A stretch of 64,000 bases of DNA. Origin: Squalus acanthias (taxonomy: Eukaryota). This document shows, piece by piece, positions 25,309 to 38,640 of this stretch. Position 1 is the first letter of the stretch. Each line of letters starts with the position of its first letter. A program made the position numbers and the translations under genes. The notes under the pieces are model-generated. The model saw nothing but the letters and a program-made list of their open reading frames with translations, made no database searches and had not been told where the DNA came from. The stretch is from positions 13,764,001 to 13,828,000 of the forward strand of contig CM059449.1 of NCBI GenBank assembly GCA_030390025.1, given 5' to 3'.

Positions 25309-26139
25309 ATACTCCTGACTTGTGCATTGTTGCTGGTGGTGGAGAGACTTTGGGGAGTTCAGAGGCGAGCTATTCGCCACAGAATATTCTGCCTCTGACC
25401 TGCTCTAGTAGCCACGGCATTTATGTGGCTAGTTCAGTTGACTTTATGGTCAATGGTGAATGCCAGAATATTCATAATGGGGGATTCAGCGATGATCAAA
25501 CCATTGAATGCCAATTGCAGGTGGTTCGGCACTATCTTTTTGGAAATAGTGATTATCTGGCACTTGTCCTTGCTACTGATGAACCCAAGCCTGGATGTTG
25601 TCCAGGTCTTCCTGCATGTGGGCTCGGATTGTTTCATTATCTGAGGAGTTGCGAATGGAACTGAACACTAAGCAATCATCAGGGAATAGCCTCACTTCTG
25701 ACCTTGTGATGGAGGCAAGGTCATTGATGAAGAAGCTGCAGGTAATTGGGCCTGGGACACTTCCTTGACGATTTCCTGCAGCGATGTCGTGGGCTGATAT
25801 GATTGGCCGCTAACAACCACAACCAATTCCTTTGTGTCAAGTATGACTCCAGCCAGTGGAAAGGATTCCCCCTGATCCCCATTGACATCAGTTTTACAAA
25901 GGCTCCTTGGTGATACATTTGGTCGAATGATCTCTTGTTGTCTTAGACAGTCACTTTCACCACCTCTGGAATTTAGCTCTTGTGCCTATATTGGTGATGA
26001 GGTCTGGAGCCAGGTGGTCCTGGCGTAACCCAAACTGAGCAGGTTATTGGTGAATATGTATTGCTTGATTTTACTGTTGATGAATGCTTACATCACTTTG
26101 TGATGGTTGAGAGTAGGCTGATAGGGCGAAAATTAACTC

Positions 26140-27232
26140 GAGAATCCTCATCCTCGAGTTAATTTTCCTTCATGCCCTCGCCCCTGCCTATCTCTGTAAC
26201 CTCCTTCAGCCCTATAACCCTCAAAGAGCTCTGCGTTCCTCCAACTCATTTTCATCTCCCACATCCATCGCCCCACCATTGACGGCTGTGCCTTCCACCG
26301 TCTAGGCCATAATCTCTGGAATTCCCTCCCTTAACTTCTTGATCTCTATGCTTCTCTTTCCTCCTTTAAGACCCTCCCTAAAACCTGCCTCTTTGACCAA
26401 GTGTTTAGCTACCCGTCCTAATGTCTCCTTCTTTGGCACTGTCAGTTTATGTCTGATTACACTCCTGTGAATAGCCTTGAGATGATTTCCTAAGTTGAAG
26501 GCGCTATATAAATGCAACTTGTTATTATTGTAATAGGGTCTTGAGTTTCTCAGGATCGTGCAGTGACTGATCAGTAAGGGTTAATTTCTTTAAATTAATT
26601 TGGCGTGAAAAGGCAGCCTTATTTTTGCTGAGCCTAGGACCAATGGCATGGTAACCTTGAGATAATGTTATGCGCATGAAGTGCTCATCAGTGATTCATG
26701 TAAAGAAGTCTGACATATATAGAAACATTAAGGAGTTAAATTGGTCATGGGCAGTATTCTAACTCGTACCAAGTCACGTTCATCCATCATCTCTGTGCTC
26801 GCTGACCTACATTGGCTCCCTGTCCACCAACACCTCAATTTTAAAATTCTAATCAGCCCGTTCAATTCCCTCCATGGCCGGGGTCCTCCCTATTTCTGTA
26901 ACCTTCTCCAGCCCTACACACGTCCATGTACTCTACGTCCCTCCAAATCTGGCCACTTGTCCATCTCCCCCTTCCTTCCACCCACCATTGGTGGCCATGC
27001 CTTCAGCTGCCTAAGCTCTAAGCCCTGGAATTCCCTCTCCAAAACTCTTCAACTCTTCACCTCTCTCTCTTCCTTTAACACCCTGCTTAAAACCTACCTA
27101 TTTGAACGACCGTTTGGTCAGCTGTCCTAATGTCTACTTCTTTTGGATAGGTGTCAATTTTTGATTGATTTAGCTCTTGTGAAGAGCCTTGGGACGTTTT
27201 CCTGCGTTAAAGCCGCTGTATAAATGAAACGT
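26140..27232 (+). mobile_element. Two L2 3'-end fragments (26140-26530, 26745-27232)
   Basis: LADLHWLPV..FKIL..GGHAFS..WNSL..FNTLLKTYLF; gcgctatataaatgcaa tails. Confidence 0.8.
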
Positions 27233-30200
27233 GCTGGTGCCAGGGTCAAGGATGTCACTGAGCGGCTGCAGGACATTCTGAAGGGGGAGGGCGAAGAGCC
27301 AGAGGTCGTGATCCATATCGGTACCAACGACATAGGTAGAAAGAGGGACGAAGTCCTGCAAGCAAAATATAGGAAGCTAGGAAATAAATTAAAAAGCAGG
27401 ACCTCAAAGGTAGTAATCTCAAGATTACTCCCAGTGCCACGTGCTAGCGAGAGTTGAAATAGGAGAACAGACCAGATGAATGCGTGGCTGGCGAGATGGT
27501 GTAGGAGGAAGGGATTTAAATTCCTGAGGCATTGGGACCGATTCTGGGGAAGGTGGGATCTGTACAAGCTGGACGGATTACACCTCGACAGAACCGGGAC
27601 CAATATCCTCGCAGGGGGGTTTGCTAGTGCTGCTGGGAAGGATTTAAACTAGTTTGTCAGGGGCTGGGAACCTAAGTGTGGGCCCAGAATGGAGAGAAAC
27701 AAAGTTGGAAGTGCAAGTTAGAAATGTCATCAGCAAAACTAGTAGGGAGCAGAAACAAAGGCCGACAGTAAAGAGGGTCAAAGTGCAGAAAAATATTAAT
27801 CAGGCAAAGTTGAAGACACTTTATCTAAATGCACGCAGCATTCGCAACAAGGTGGATGAATTAATGGCACTAATAGAAGTAAATGGGTATGATGTAATTG
27901 CCAATACAGAGACATGGTTGCAGGGTAACCAAAGCTGGGAACTGAATGTTCCAGGGTACTCAACATTTAGGAAGGACAGACAAAAAGGAAAAGGAGGTGG
28001 CGTAGCGCTGTTAATAAGGGATGAGATCGGTACGGTAGAAATAAAAGATCTTGGCTCGGCAGATCATGATGTAGAACTGGAATCAGTTTGGGTGGAGCTA
28101 AGAAACAGCAAAGGGCAGAAAACATTGGTGGGAGTTGTGTATAGGCCACCAAACAGTAGTGGTAATGTAGGGCACAGTATCAATCAAGAGATTAGAAGCG
28201 CATGTAACAAGGGCAATACGGTAATCATGGGGGACTTTAATCTACATATTGACTGGGCAAATCAAATTACCACTAATGGTGTGGAGGACGAATTCTTGGA
28301 ATGCATGCGAGATGGTTTCCTGGATCAGTATGTGGAGGAACCAACCAGGGAACAGGCTATCCTGGATTTGGTACTGTGTAATGAGAAAGGGCTAATCAAT
28401 AATCTTGTTGTAAAGGGGCCTTTAGGGACAAATGACCATAATATGATTGAATTTTACATTAAGTTTGAGAGTGATGTAGTACAATCTGAAACTAAGGTCT
28501 TCAATCTAAACAGAGGAAACTACAAGGTTATGAGGGACATGTTGCCCATGGTAGATTGGGAGACTTCACTAAAAGGTATGAAGGTGGACATGCAATGGCT
28601 AACATTCAAAGAAATAATGCATAATTTGCAACAAACATATATTCCTCTAGGGCATAAAAACCCAAAAGGAAAAGTGATCCAACCATGGCTAACAAAAGAA
28701 ATTAAAGCTAGTATTAATCAAAGGAGGAAGATTATAAAGTTGCCAGAAAAAGCGGTTAGCCTGAGGATTGGGATCTTTTTAGAAATCAGCAAAGGAGGAC
28801 CAAGAAATAGATAAAGAAAGGGAAAATGGAATGTGAGCACAAACTAGTGAAAAATATAAAAACGGATTGTAAAAGCTTCTATAGGTATGTGAAAAGGAAA
28901 AAACTGGCGAAGGTAAATGTAGGTCCTTTACAGTCAGAGACGGGAGAATTTATAATGGGAATGAGGAAATGGCAGAGAAATTAAATAAATACATTGTTTC
29001 TGTCTTCACGGAGGAAGACACAAAAAACCTCCCAGAAATACGAGAAAACCAAGGGTGTGGCGAGAATGAGGAACTTAAATAAATTATTATTAGTAAAAAA
29101 ACAGTACTAGCAAAATGAATGGGAGTAAAAGTCGATAAATCCCAAGGACCAGATTACCTAGATCCTAGGGTTTTGAAAGAGGTGGCCATTGGGATAGTGG
29201 ACGCATTGGTTGTCATCTTCCAAAATTCTTTAGATCCTGGAACGGTTCCTGCAGATTGGAGGATAGCAAATGTAACCCCGCTATTAAAGAAAGGAGGGAG
29301 AGAAAAAACGGGGAACTACAGACCTGTTAACCTCACATCAGTAGTTGGGAAAATGCTGGAATCTATTATAAAGGATGCAATAACTGGGCACTTAGCAACT
29401 AAAATAAGATTGGGCAGAGTCAACATGGATTTATGAAAGGGAATTCCTGTTTCACAAACCTATTGGAGTTCTTTGCGGATGTAACTAGTGGAGTAGACAA
29501 AGGGGAACTGGTAGATGTGGTGTATTTGGATTTTCCGAAGGACTTCGATAAGGTCCCACACAAAAGGTTAGTGAACAAAATTAGGGCACGTGGAATTGGG
29601 GGTAATATACTAGCATGGATTGAGAATTGGTTAACAGACAGAAAACAAAGAGTAGGGATAAACGTGTCTTTTTCAGGATGGCAGGCTGTGACTGGTGGGG
29701 TACCGCAAGGATCGGTGCTTGGGCCCCAGCTATTCACAATCTATATCAATGATTTGGATGAGGGGACTAAATGTAACATTTCCAAATTTGCTGATGATAC
29801 AAAGCTAGGTGGCAGTGGCAGTTGTAAAGAGGACGTGAAGAGGCTTCAAGGGGATCTCGACAGGCTCAGTGAGTGGGCGAGAACATGGCAGATGGAATAT
29901 AATGTGGATAAATGTGAAGTTAACTACTTTGGTAGAAAAAACAGAAAGGCAGAGTATTTCCTGAATGGTGAAAGATTGGGGAATGCAGATGCTCAAAGGG
30001 ACCTGGGTGTCCTTGTACATGAGTCACTGAAAGTGAATGTGCAGGTGCAGCAAGCCATTAGGAAGGCAAATTGTATGCTGGCCTTCATTACAAGAGGATT
30101 TGAGTACAGGAGTAAAGACGTCTTACTCCGATTATATAGGGCCTTGATGAGACCACACCTGCAGTACTGTGTACAATTTTGGTCTCCTTACCTAAGGAAG

Positions 30201-30719
30201 GATATACTTGCCACAGAGGGAGTGCAACGATGGTTCACGGGATTGATTCCTGGGATGGCGGGACTGTCGTATGAGACGAGATTGAGTAAAGTAAGCCCGT
30301 ATTCTCTTGAATTCAGAAGAATGAGAGGGGATCTCATTGAAGCATACAAAATTATTACAGGGCTTGATAGGGTGGATGCTGGGAGAATGTTTCCCTTGGC
30401 TGGGGAGTCTAGAACCGGGGGCCACAGCCTCAGGATAAAGGGTAGGCCATTCAGGACAGAGATGAGAAGAAATTTCTTCACACAGAGGGTGGTGAATCTT
30501 TGGAGTTGTCTACCCCAGAGGGCTGTGGAGGATCAGTCATTGGGTATATTCAAAACAGAAGTTGATAGATTTCTGACTAGTAAAGGCATCAAGGGATATG
30601 GCGATAGGGCCAGTGAATGGAGTTGAGGCGGAAGATCAGCCATGATCTCGTTGAATGGCGGAACAGGCTCGAAGGGCCGAATGGCCGACTCCTGCTCCCA
30701 TTTCTTATGTTCTTATGTT
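27233..30719 (+). mobile_element. 5'-truncated CR1 (end of esterase ORF1, APE, RT)
   Basis: ORFs 27654-28814 and 29433-30626; ttcttatg tail. Confidence 0.93.
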
Positions 30720-31391
30720 TGTCATTTAATCCGTTTTTATTTTACAAGTAGCCCCTTTTTATTTCAAATCAATTCGACTTTTACCTGTAACATTAAAGAA
30801 CTATTTAAAAAATAACATTTACCTATACGAAGCATAAAGCTTAACTAATAGATAGCATCGAAGGCTTAGTTTGAAATATTTATATTTTAAAGCATATTGT
30901 CAAACGGCTTATAATATCTAAAACTTAAAAATTGCGAAACATCCTGCAATATTTAATCATTCTAGAATACATATTACAACAGGAAACTCAGGACATTCAT
31001 TATTTGACATCTGAACATCCCCGAGAGAATGCACCTGCACATGAAGGATGGACATCCTTCTCCCTTGGGACAGCAGGACTCAAAACTGAAAGCTACTGCT
31101 AAATATTTGTACTATGCTTGAAGCGTATGGTGTCCTGGAACAAAATAGTCATAAATACAAGACCGCGATTCGAATTATTATTATTCGTTCGAAAATCTCC
31201 CGAGCAATTAACTTTCACTGTTCGGCTCTGATTTACGGTTAAGGGGAGAACTTTTTAAGTTAAAATCGTCCGGAAATGATTCACAATCCCTCAAACTCCT
31301 TTTGTTTTTCGTCTGGTTTTGAAGGCGCTGGTGTCTCGACCATCTCTGGGTGCATTTTACAATTAAACAAGGAAGGATGACAGCTACTCAT

Positions 31392-31560
31392 TTAATCAAG
31401 ACAGCAACCTCTTACTCTCAGTTTCCAGACACGTTTACTGATTTCAAAAATTGCCTGATTGTTGACTGACTGAGTCTTGGTGCTGTGGGAATATGTATTC
31501 GTTCTGTTATGTTCGTGACAAGCCAGTAGCACTTCGATGGAGCAGCAATTCTGTAACTGC
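31392..31560 (-). CDS. Gene B probable terminal exon (QLQNCCSIEVLL...RVRGCCLD*); 3'UTR if the upstream TAA is real
   Basis: Pyrimidine-rich acceptor ttctcacttctcatgctccaacag|. Open for 55 codons in the phase-2 frame required by the preceding donor. Confidence 0.5.
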
Positions 31561-32012
31561 CTGTTGGAGCATGAGAAGTGAGAATACGATTAATAAATAG
31601 AATTGAACCTAGTCAATTGTTCGTGATTTTCGACTGTGCCGTTTATTGTTGTTGCAATGCATTTAGCCTCATGTAACTAGTATCACTGAACAAGGTGTAA
31701 AGAGGCAGCAAGGAACAGGTAAACGGGGAATTTGGTTAGAAGCAGTTGTTGCTAAACTGAAGTCGTCGGTAATAAAAATTGATAATGAATAATTAAACCA
31801 AGTTCCTTAGTTATATTTTATTTAAAAAAATATTACTATGCAAATTACTCTCAGCGTACACTCAGCTGTCCTGATGTCTGCCTTTAAAACAAATCACTTT
31901 AGCTCATATACCGTGCCCCTGGGAACATTGGTTGAGACATGCATCGTGTGAAGAGGCACCTTGTATTTCTTGGTATATGTTTGATTGCTTGCAGAGTTGT
32001 GCGAGATCGTAC

Positions 32013-32056
32013 CTGTGCAGTTAACTGTAGGTGTCCACGCCTTTCAGCTCCAAGCC
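32013..32056 (-). CDS. Gene B cytoplasmic exon 2 (GLELKGVDTYS*LH), second half of ITAM with in-frame TAA at 32021-32023
   Basis: Follows a 97-nt intron; acceptor ttgttaatag|, donor AG|gtacga. Joined with the previous exon it gives YTGL-x7-YS*L, the exact ITAM spacing. Confidence 0.75.
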
Positions 32057-32153
32057 CTATTAACAATGCAAGACATCCGTATTATTACAAACTCTTGTGT
32101 TAGAAAAAGGCGTATTTTAATTTATTCAGGATATTTTCGTTTATATATTTTAC

Positions 32154-32206
32154 CGTGTATGGAGAATCCACGTCAGTGTGATTGCCAGTTTCATTCTGTG
32201 AGACAC
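32154..32206 (-). CDS. Gene B cytoplasmic exon 1 (VSQNETGNHTDVDSPYT), first half of ITAM
   Basis: Acceptor ttatttcgctacag|, donor ACG|gtaaaa, 53 nt, phase 1-0. Continues the frame of the TM exon. Confidence 0.78.
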
Positions 32207-32358
32207 CTGTAGCGAAATAATGACGCCAAATAACCTTGAATAAATAAATTCCCAAAGAATGTACTTAGAGCAGTAACCTTTATAATTTTACAAGTACATC
32301 TACTTCATAAGGTTTCCGATTCTATGATCAGTCTGTTTCTCTGTCACTCTGTCTGTCT

Positions 32359-32761
32359 NNNNNNNNNNNNNNNNNNNNNNNNNNNNNNNNNNNNNNNNNN
32401 NNNNNNNNNNNNNNNNNNNNNNNNNNNNNNNNNNNNNNNNNNNNNNNNNNNNNNNNNNNNNNNNNNNNNNNNNNNNNNNNNNNNNNNNNNNNNNNNNNNN
32501 NNNNNNNNNNNNNNNNNNNNNNNNNNNNNNNNNNNNNNNNNNNNNNNNNNNNNNNNNNNNNNNNNNNNNNNNNNNNNNNNNNNNNNNNNNNNNNNNNNNN
32601 NNNNNNNNNNNNNNNNNNNNNNNNNNNNNNNNNNNNNNNNNNNNNNNNNNNNNNNNNNNNNNNNNNNNNNNNNNNNNNNNNNNNNNNNNNNNNNNNNNNN
32701 NNNNNNNNNNNNNNNNNNNNNNNNNNNNNNNNNNNNNNNNNNNNNNNNNNNNNNNNNNNNN
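32359..32761. other. Assembly gap (403 N) flanked by TCTG/TATC simple repeats, within the gene B intron between TM and cytoplasmic exons
   Basis: N run. Confidence 0.99.
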
Positions 32762-32899
32762 TCAATCTATCATATATCTATCTATGATACAAGTTAGTGA
32801 GTGTTAACTATACAATATGCCATGACATTTCTCAAAAATGAAGTCTAAACCCAACAATGTGCATCAATGGCCATGTAAACTGCCACTGGCCGACAGCTA

Positions 32900-35110
32900 C
32901 AACAACAATAACAGCTTTTTAGCGACTTTAACGCAGTAAAACGTCCCAAGGCGCTTCACATGAGTGTTATAAAACAAAATTTGACACCGGACCACATAAG
33001 GAAAAATTAGAGCAGATGGAGGCAGGTTTTAATGGGTGTCTTAAAAGGAGGAAAGTGAGGTAGCGAAGCAGAGAGATTTAGGCAGGGAATTCCAGAGCTT
33101 AGGGCCTAGGCAACAGAAGGCACGGCCACCAATGGTTGAGTGATTATAATCAGGGATGCTCAAGAGGGCAGAATTAGAGGAGTGCAGATATCTCGGGGGG
33201 TTGTGGGGCTGAAGGAGATTACAGAGATAGGGAGGGGCAAGGCCATGGAGGGATTTGAAAATAAGGATGAGAATTTTTAAATTGAGGCTTTGCTTAACCG
33301 GGAGTCAATATAGCGAGCACAGGGGTGATGGGTGAACATGACTTGGTGCGAGTTAGGACACGGGCCCCAGAGTTTTGGATGACCTCAAATATACATAGGA
33401 TAGAACGTGGGAGGCCATCCAGGAGTGCATTGCAATAGTCAAGTCTAGAGGTAACAAAGGCATGGATGAGGGTTTCAGCAGTAGACGAGCCGAGGCGGGT
33501 TGGAGTAGAGCAATGTTATGGAGGTGGAAAAAGGCGGTCTTAGTAATGCCGTGGATATGTGGTTGGAAGATCATTTCAGGGTCAAATATAACACCAAGGT
33601 TGCAAACAGTCTAGTTCAGCCTCATGCAGATGCTAGGAAGAGGGATTGATTCGATGGCTAGGGAACAAAGTATGTGGCAGGGATCCAAGGCAATGACTTC
33701 GGTCTTCCCAATATTTATTTAGAGGAAATTACTGCTCATCCAGAACTGGATGTCGGACAAGCAGTCTGACAATTTAGAGACAGTCGAGGTGCAAAAGAAG
33801 TGGTGGTGAGGTAGAGCTGGGTGTTGTCAGCACACATTTGGAAACTGACGCTGTGTTTTCGGATGATGTCGCCGAGGGGCAGCATGTAGATGAGAAATAG
33901 GAGGAGGCCAAGGATAGATCCTTGGGGGACACCCAGAGGTAACGATGCAGGAGCGGGAAGAGAAGCCGTTGTAGGTGATTCTCTGGCTACGATTAGATAG
34001 ATAAGAATGGAACCAGGCGAGTGCAGTCCCACCCAGCTGGACGATGGTGGAGAGGCGTTGGAGGAGGATGGAGTGATTAACCGTATCAAAGGCGGCAGAC
34101 AGGTCAAGAAGGACAGGGAGGGATAGTTTACCTTTGTCACAGACACAAAGGATGTAATTTGTAACTTTGATGAGAGCCGTTTCGGTACTGTGGCAGGGGC
34201 GGAAACCTGATTGGAGGGATTCAAACATGGAGTTGCAGGAAAGATGGGCACAGGTTTGGGAGGTGACAACACGGTCAAGGGCTTTGGAGAGGAAAGGGAG
34301 GTTGGATATGGGGCAGTTATTTGCAAGGACGGATGGGCCAAGGGTTGTTCTTTGGAGGAGGGGGTTGTTGATGGAAGATTTGAAGGAGAGAGGGACAGTA
34401 CCTGAGGAGAGAGAACCGTTAACAATATCAGCTACCATGGGAGCCAGAAAAGGAAGTTGGGTGGTCAGCAGTTTAGTAGGAATAGGGTCAAGAGAGAAGG
34501 AAGTGGGTCTCATAGACAAGATGAGCTCGCATGAGGGGAGATCGGAGAGAAACTGGAGAAATGTACAAGTCAGGGCTAGGGCAGGGGGGAACCTTAGAGG
34601 AAGTTTGGGCCGGTGGGCTAGGGGAAGGAAGTGAAGTGGCAGAGGCAGATGATCAGATGATCTCAATCTGAGAGACAAAGAAGTCCATGAGCTCCTCACA
34701 CTTGTTATTGGAGGTGAGAGTGGAGGAGACAGAGGAGAGGGGTTTAAGAAGACGGTTTGCAGTAGAGAATAGAAGCCAAGTGTTATCTTTGCATTCCAGA
34801 ATGATCTTGGAATAGTGAGCAGTTTTGGCAGATGTGAGCAGGACCCGATAGTGCTTTATGTGGTCCAGCCAGATCTGGCGGTGAATGGCTAAACCAGTTG
34901 TCCGCCATATCTGTTCAAATCTGCATCTCTTGGACTTAAGGGAGCGGAGAGGGTTGTACCGGGGGAACAGCCAGGGTGAGAGTGACTAATGGTTTTAATA
35001 GGGACTAGGGCATGAAAGGTGGTGGTGAGCGTGTGGTTGAGCAGATCAGGAGCTGCAGAAGTGTCATAGTGAATGGAGGGCCAAAGGCTGGAAAGTTGGG
35101 ATTATGTAAG
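32900..35110 (-). mobile_element. L2-clade LINE, 3' ~2.2 kb
   Basis: ORF 33827-34699: LDPIPTKLL...[10 protein letters not shown]...[14 protein letters not shown]...[11 protein letters not shown]. Confidence 0.92.
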
Positions 35111-35289
35111 TACAGTTGTTAGTACGGTTATTTGAAGTAGTAGGTATTGGCAAATACGTGCTTATAGCAACGTGCTAGACGTAGTGGGAAGGTTTACTGG
35201 GTTTGCGATTGTTAGCGTTGTGCTAGGAACATTGTAAGTTTACAATTTCTACAGATATAACAATGGAGGAAAAATGGCACTGGTCGTAA

Positions 35290-35835
35290 CATTTTGTGAC
35301 ATGCAAAATAAATTTAAAAGAACACGAGCATTGCAAATGTTACAACCCTGTTCAACAAAGGGGAGAGGGATAAATCTGGTAATTACAGTCCAGTCAGTCG
35401 AACAACGAGTGGTGGGAAAACTACGAGAGACCATTGCCAAGGACGTAAATAATTCTCACTTGGAGAATATGGGACTGCGAACATGGATTTCTTAAAGGCA
35501 AATCGTGTCTGGCTAACCTGATTGGGTTATTTGTTGAAGTAACAGAGAGGGTTGATGATGGCAGCAGATGTTGTATTTGATAAAGACTTACTCGGAAAAT
35601 AGAAGCACATGGTATTAAAGGGATGGTGGTAACTTGGGTACATCATTGGCTACGGGATTGGAGGCAGAGAATAGAGGTGAAGGGATGTTTTTTTCTGACT
35701 GGAGAGAAGTATGCAGTTGGGACCACCAGAGGTCGTTATTAGGAACACTGCTTTTCTTGTGATATTCAAAGAGCCGGGACAGACACGACGGGCCGTATGG
35801 CTTCCTTCTGATCTGTCAGGTTCTATGATTCTATG
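35290..35835 (+). mobile_element. Degenerate CR1 RT fragments
   Basis: Remnants of ANVTTLFNKG..NYSPV and QHGFLKGKSCLANL; ttctatg tail. Confidence 0.7.
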
Positions 35836-37061
35836 TTTATGATGCCACTACACATAACAATCAGCAATTCTTCCCCCAGATGAAATCTCTCTGTTATGTT
35901 TAAGACTAAGTATTAGCAGCAGTGGGATTCTTCCTGCCTCGTGTCACCTTGACCAGTGAATGTCAGAGGATGATATTCGATATACATTCCACAACAATAA
36001 ATGATCATTTCAACTATTTCTGTCGAAAGTCAAAGAATTGTTGAACCTGATGACCAATGTCAAAAGTTAAAAAAGCAAAAACTAAAAAAAAAATACTCTG
36101 GTTTTAATACACCAATGCACTTTACAATCTTCTCTATAGATTCTAAGATATGCCATTGCAACACTTGAATATTGCATTTTTCAATTTTTGTTTCTTAATC
36201 AGCGAATCATCGAATCATAGAATAGTACAGCATAGAAGGAGCCCATTCGGCCTATCGAGTCTGCGCCGGCTCTTTCGAAGAGCAATCCAGTTAGTCCCAC
36301 TCCCCCCGCTCTTTACCCATACCACTGCAATTTTTTTCTCCTTCAAGTATTTGTCCAATTCCCTTTTGAAGTCTACTATCGAATCTGTATCCACCACCCT
36401 CTCAGGCAGCGCATTCCAAATCCTAACCACTCGTTGCATAAAAAATGTTTTTCCTCATGTCGCTTTTGGTTCTTTTGCCAATCACCTTAAATCTGTCCCC
36501 TCTAGTTATCGACCGTTGGAAACAAATCCTCCTTATGTACTCTATCTGAACCCTTCATGATTTTAAACACATAAATATAGAAACCAAATTCGTTTTATGG
36601 TCTTTCTCATTTCGGTTGTTCTGTTGGCTACAATATACGTGAGTTATACTGTAGAAATGTAATGATTAATCACCTCATTTCTGCTTCAATGGGTATAAAT
36701 TCGACTTGAGGGGCAGTGCAAAACGGGTCTTGAAAGAAAATCGGATGGGGTAAAACGGGCTGCCGATTCACTATCGCTCGTTTGCACGGCCGTTGAAGAG
36801 GAATTGTTCCCAGTTATCCGGGCATTTCATCGAATAGATGGATGCTTTATACCGCGTACAGGCAGGGTTAAAGTTTACAGTTAAACTCGCCTTTTTACAA
36901 TGAATGATTCGTTAAACCGTGCATAATTGCAATGTCAATTATACTTGCAGCTTCATTGTGTATCGGTGTTGGACACGACAATAATTTAAATGAACCATTA
37001 TAGCGTGCATTATCGGACAGTGACCCTTAGATGGCGATATTCTATTTACAAAGATACTTAC

Positions 37062-37181
37062 CATTGCATTTCCATTTCAGTTTGTAGGCTAGTATTATCA
37101 TGATTACGACAGCCAGCAAGGTTAGTACGGTCCACAGTACAGGTGTTATACAAGTCTCCGGGCCCTGGAATGCTGTCCTTC
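37062..37181 (-). CDS. Gene B stalk/transmembrane exon (RTAFQGPETCITPVLWTVLTLLAVVIMIILAYKLKWKCN)
   Basis: Acceptor ttatttcag|, donor G|gtaagt, 120 nt, phase 1-1. About 21 hydrophobic residues followed by a basic stop-transfer. Same length as, and similar to, the exon at 549-668. Confidence 0.88.
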
Positions 37182-37343
37182 CTGAAATAATGAAATGAAA
37201 TCAGTGTTTTTGTTTCTATTCCCAGATTAAAGCTTAGGAACGAAGGTGGCTGTCCTACACAAGGCAGTACAAATATTGTCTAATGAATCTCTGTATAAAC
37301 AGCAAGGTGTAAAAATATTGGCGAACGTGCTTTCATTTTTATG

Positions 37344-38103
37344 GGCCCGAAAATTAAACCTAATACGCGAGAGTACGCACTGTGTACTCTCGCGTCTAAG
37401 ATCCCGAATTGCCGGTTTCCTGCATGCACTGCGCATGCGCGGGAAACCGGCACTTCGTGAATTCAAAAGGGGGCGGTTCCTATTTGAACCGCGTGCGCAC
37501 TACAGGCTGTGCGCACGCAGTGCACTTAGTTATTTTTTCAGCTTTGAACGAGCAGGTAAGTGGTGAAGAGTTTACACACAAAGAAAGCAGGCGTAGGACC
37601 CCCTTTTAACAAGGTAAGTAGTTAATTAAGTGTTATTTTTAATTTTTTTCAACAGGTTTATCTTTTTAGAGACTTTAAAGAAAGGTAAGTTTATTTTTAT
37701 AACTTTTAAAGAGATTTTAAATGTTTTCAAAAATTTAATTTTTTGTTTAAAGTGGTTAATTTATTTAACTATACTTATTTTATTAATGTGATGGCTTTTT
37801 TTAATTTAATTGAGGTTTAGCTGTTCTTTTGGGGGGTGTAGTATTCATAGCTTTGACAGCTCTTGCCGTCAAAACTATGAATGAAAGATGGTGTGCTCCC
37901 ATTGGCTCCACCTGAATCACGTGATCCCAGAGCTCGCACGAACTAATTGCGCCTCTGGGTCACGCAAGCACTGCACGGTTCCAACAGAGAGAGCCTTTGA
38001 AACTAAAGTTCGTGTGGGCCTGGAGCAAAAAGGTAGGCGCGGAGTGCGATATCACGGGGAATCCTTACCCCCGCGGGAACCATCCATGATTAATTTCTGG
38101 GCC
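37344..38103. mobile_element. Same TIR element, copy 2 (inverted relative to copy 1), in the gene B V-TM intron
   Basis: GGCCCGAAAATT...AATTTCTGGGCC; flanks atg/att; body is the reverse complement of copy 1. Confidence 0.88.
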
Positions 38104-38178
38104 ATTAGCACCTTGTAACCAACAGACATGTCTGTTACATTGATACGATGTTTTTTGGAAAGCATTAAATCGACTCCT

Positions 38179-38424
38179 GCCTCATTTGCAGTTTGGTCTC
38201 ATTCCCGTCCCTTTCACACTATCCCCATTCCCTCATTGCGGCGGTTAAAGGGACCTAAGTCTGTCCCTATCCCATCAGAGATTTTGGTAAGCGTTCTCCT
38301 AGTGTCAACCAAGTAAGCGAGTGGCTGCCCCCATCGCGGAGGGAATCGCATTTTAGCCCAACCCTGTCTTCGGCGATGTACACATTCTGCACTTTTCGCT
38401 GGGTTATGACCAGGTCTGTGAACC
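38179..38424 (-). pseudogene. Decayed second VJ-type V exon in the V-TM intron of gene B
   Basis: Phase-1 acceptor catgcag|, then LVITQ...VGLKC...LTW. After an internal deletion and frameshifts it reads KISDGIGTDLGPFNRRNEGMGI and RDGNETKLQMR, aligning with NISDLTEKDSDTYYCRIDLMGV and RDGNGTKLEVR of the intact exon. Donor is dead (C|aggagt). Confidence 0.8.
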
Positions 38425-38640
38425 CTGCATGATCAACCCCCTCCCCAACACTTACAGTGCCCCAGCTGACAGAGATTAGCTCATTTAAAACAGACCCGAA
38501 GTCGAACGGGGGCTGTTCTTGCTCAGTATAACTCGTATACTGCACCCGTATTTGGAAAAATGTTTTTAACATGTTGAATGGTACGCTTCATGAAATTTTG
38601 GCGTGACGGAAAATATGAGAAGAAAAGAGAATAAAAAGGG

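Larger units (their letters stand above)
18995..26130 (-). mobile_element. Older non-LTR retrotransposon 3' part in three pieces (18995-19237, 20382-20626, 25309-26130)
   Basis: RT C-terminal MEYSPLAWMSAAPTTLKKLNTIQDKAARLIG. The pieces rejoin across the solo LTR and the full-length CR1. Same 3' end at 8820-9120. Confidence 0.75.

Noticed and set aside
32324-32797. Long ORFs of X residues
   Set aside because: Artefact of the N gap.
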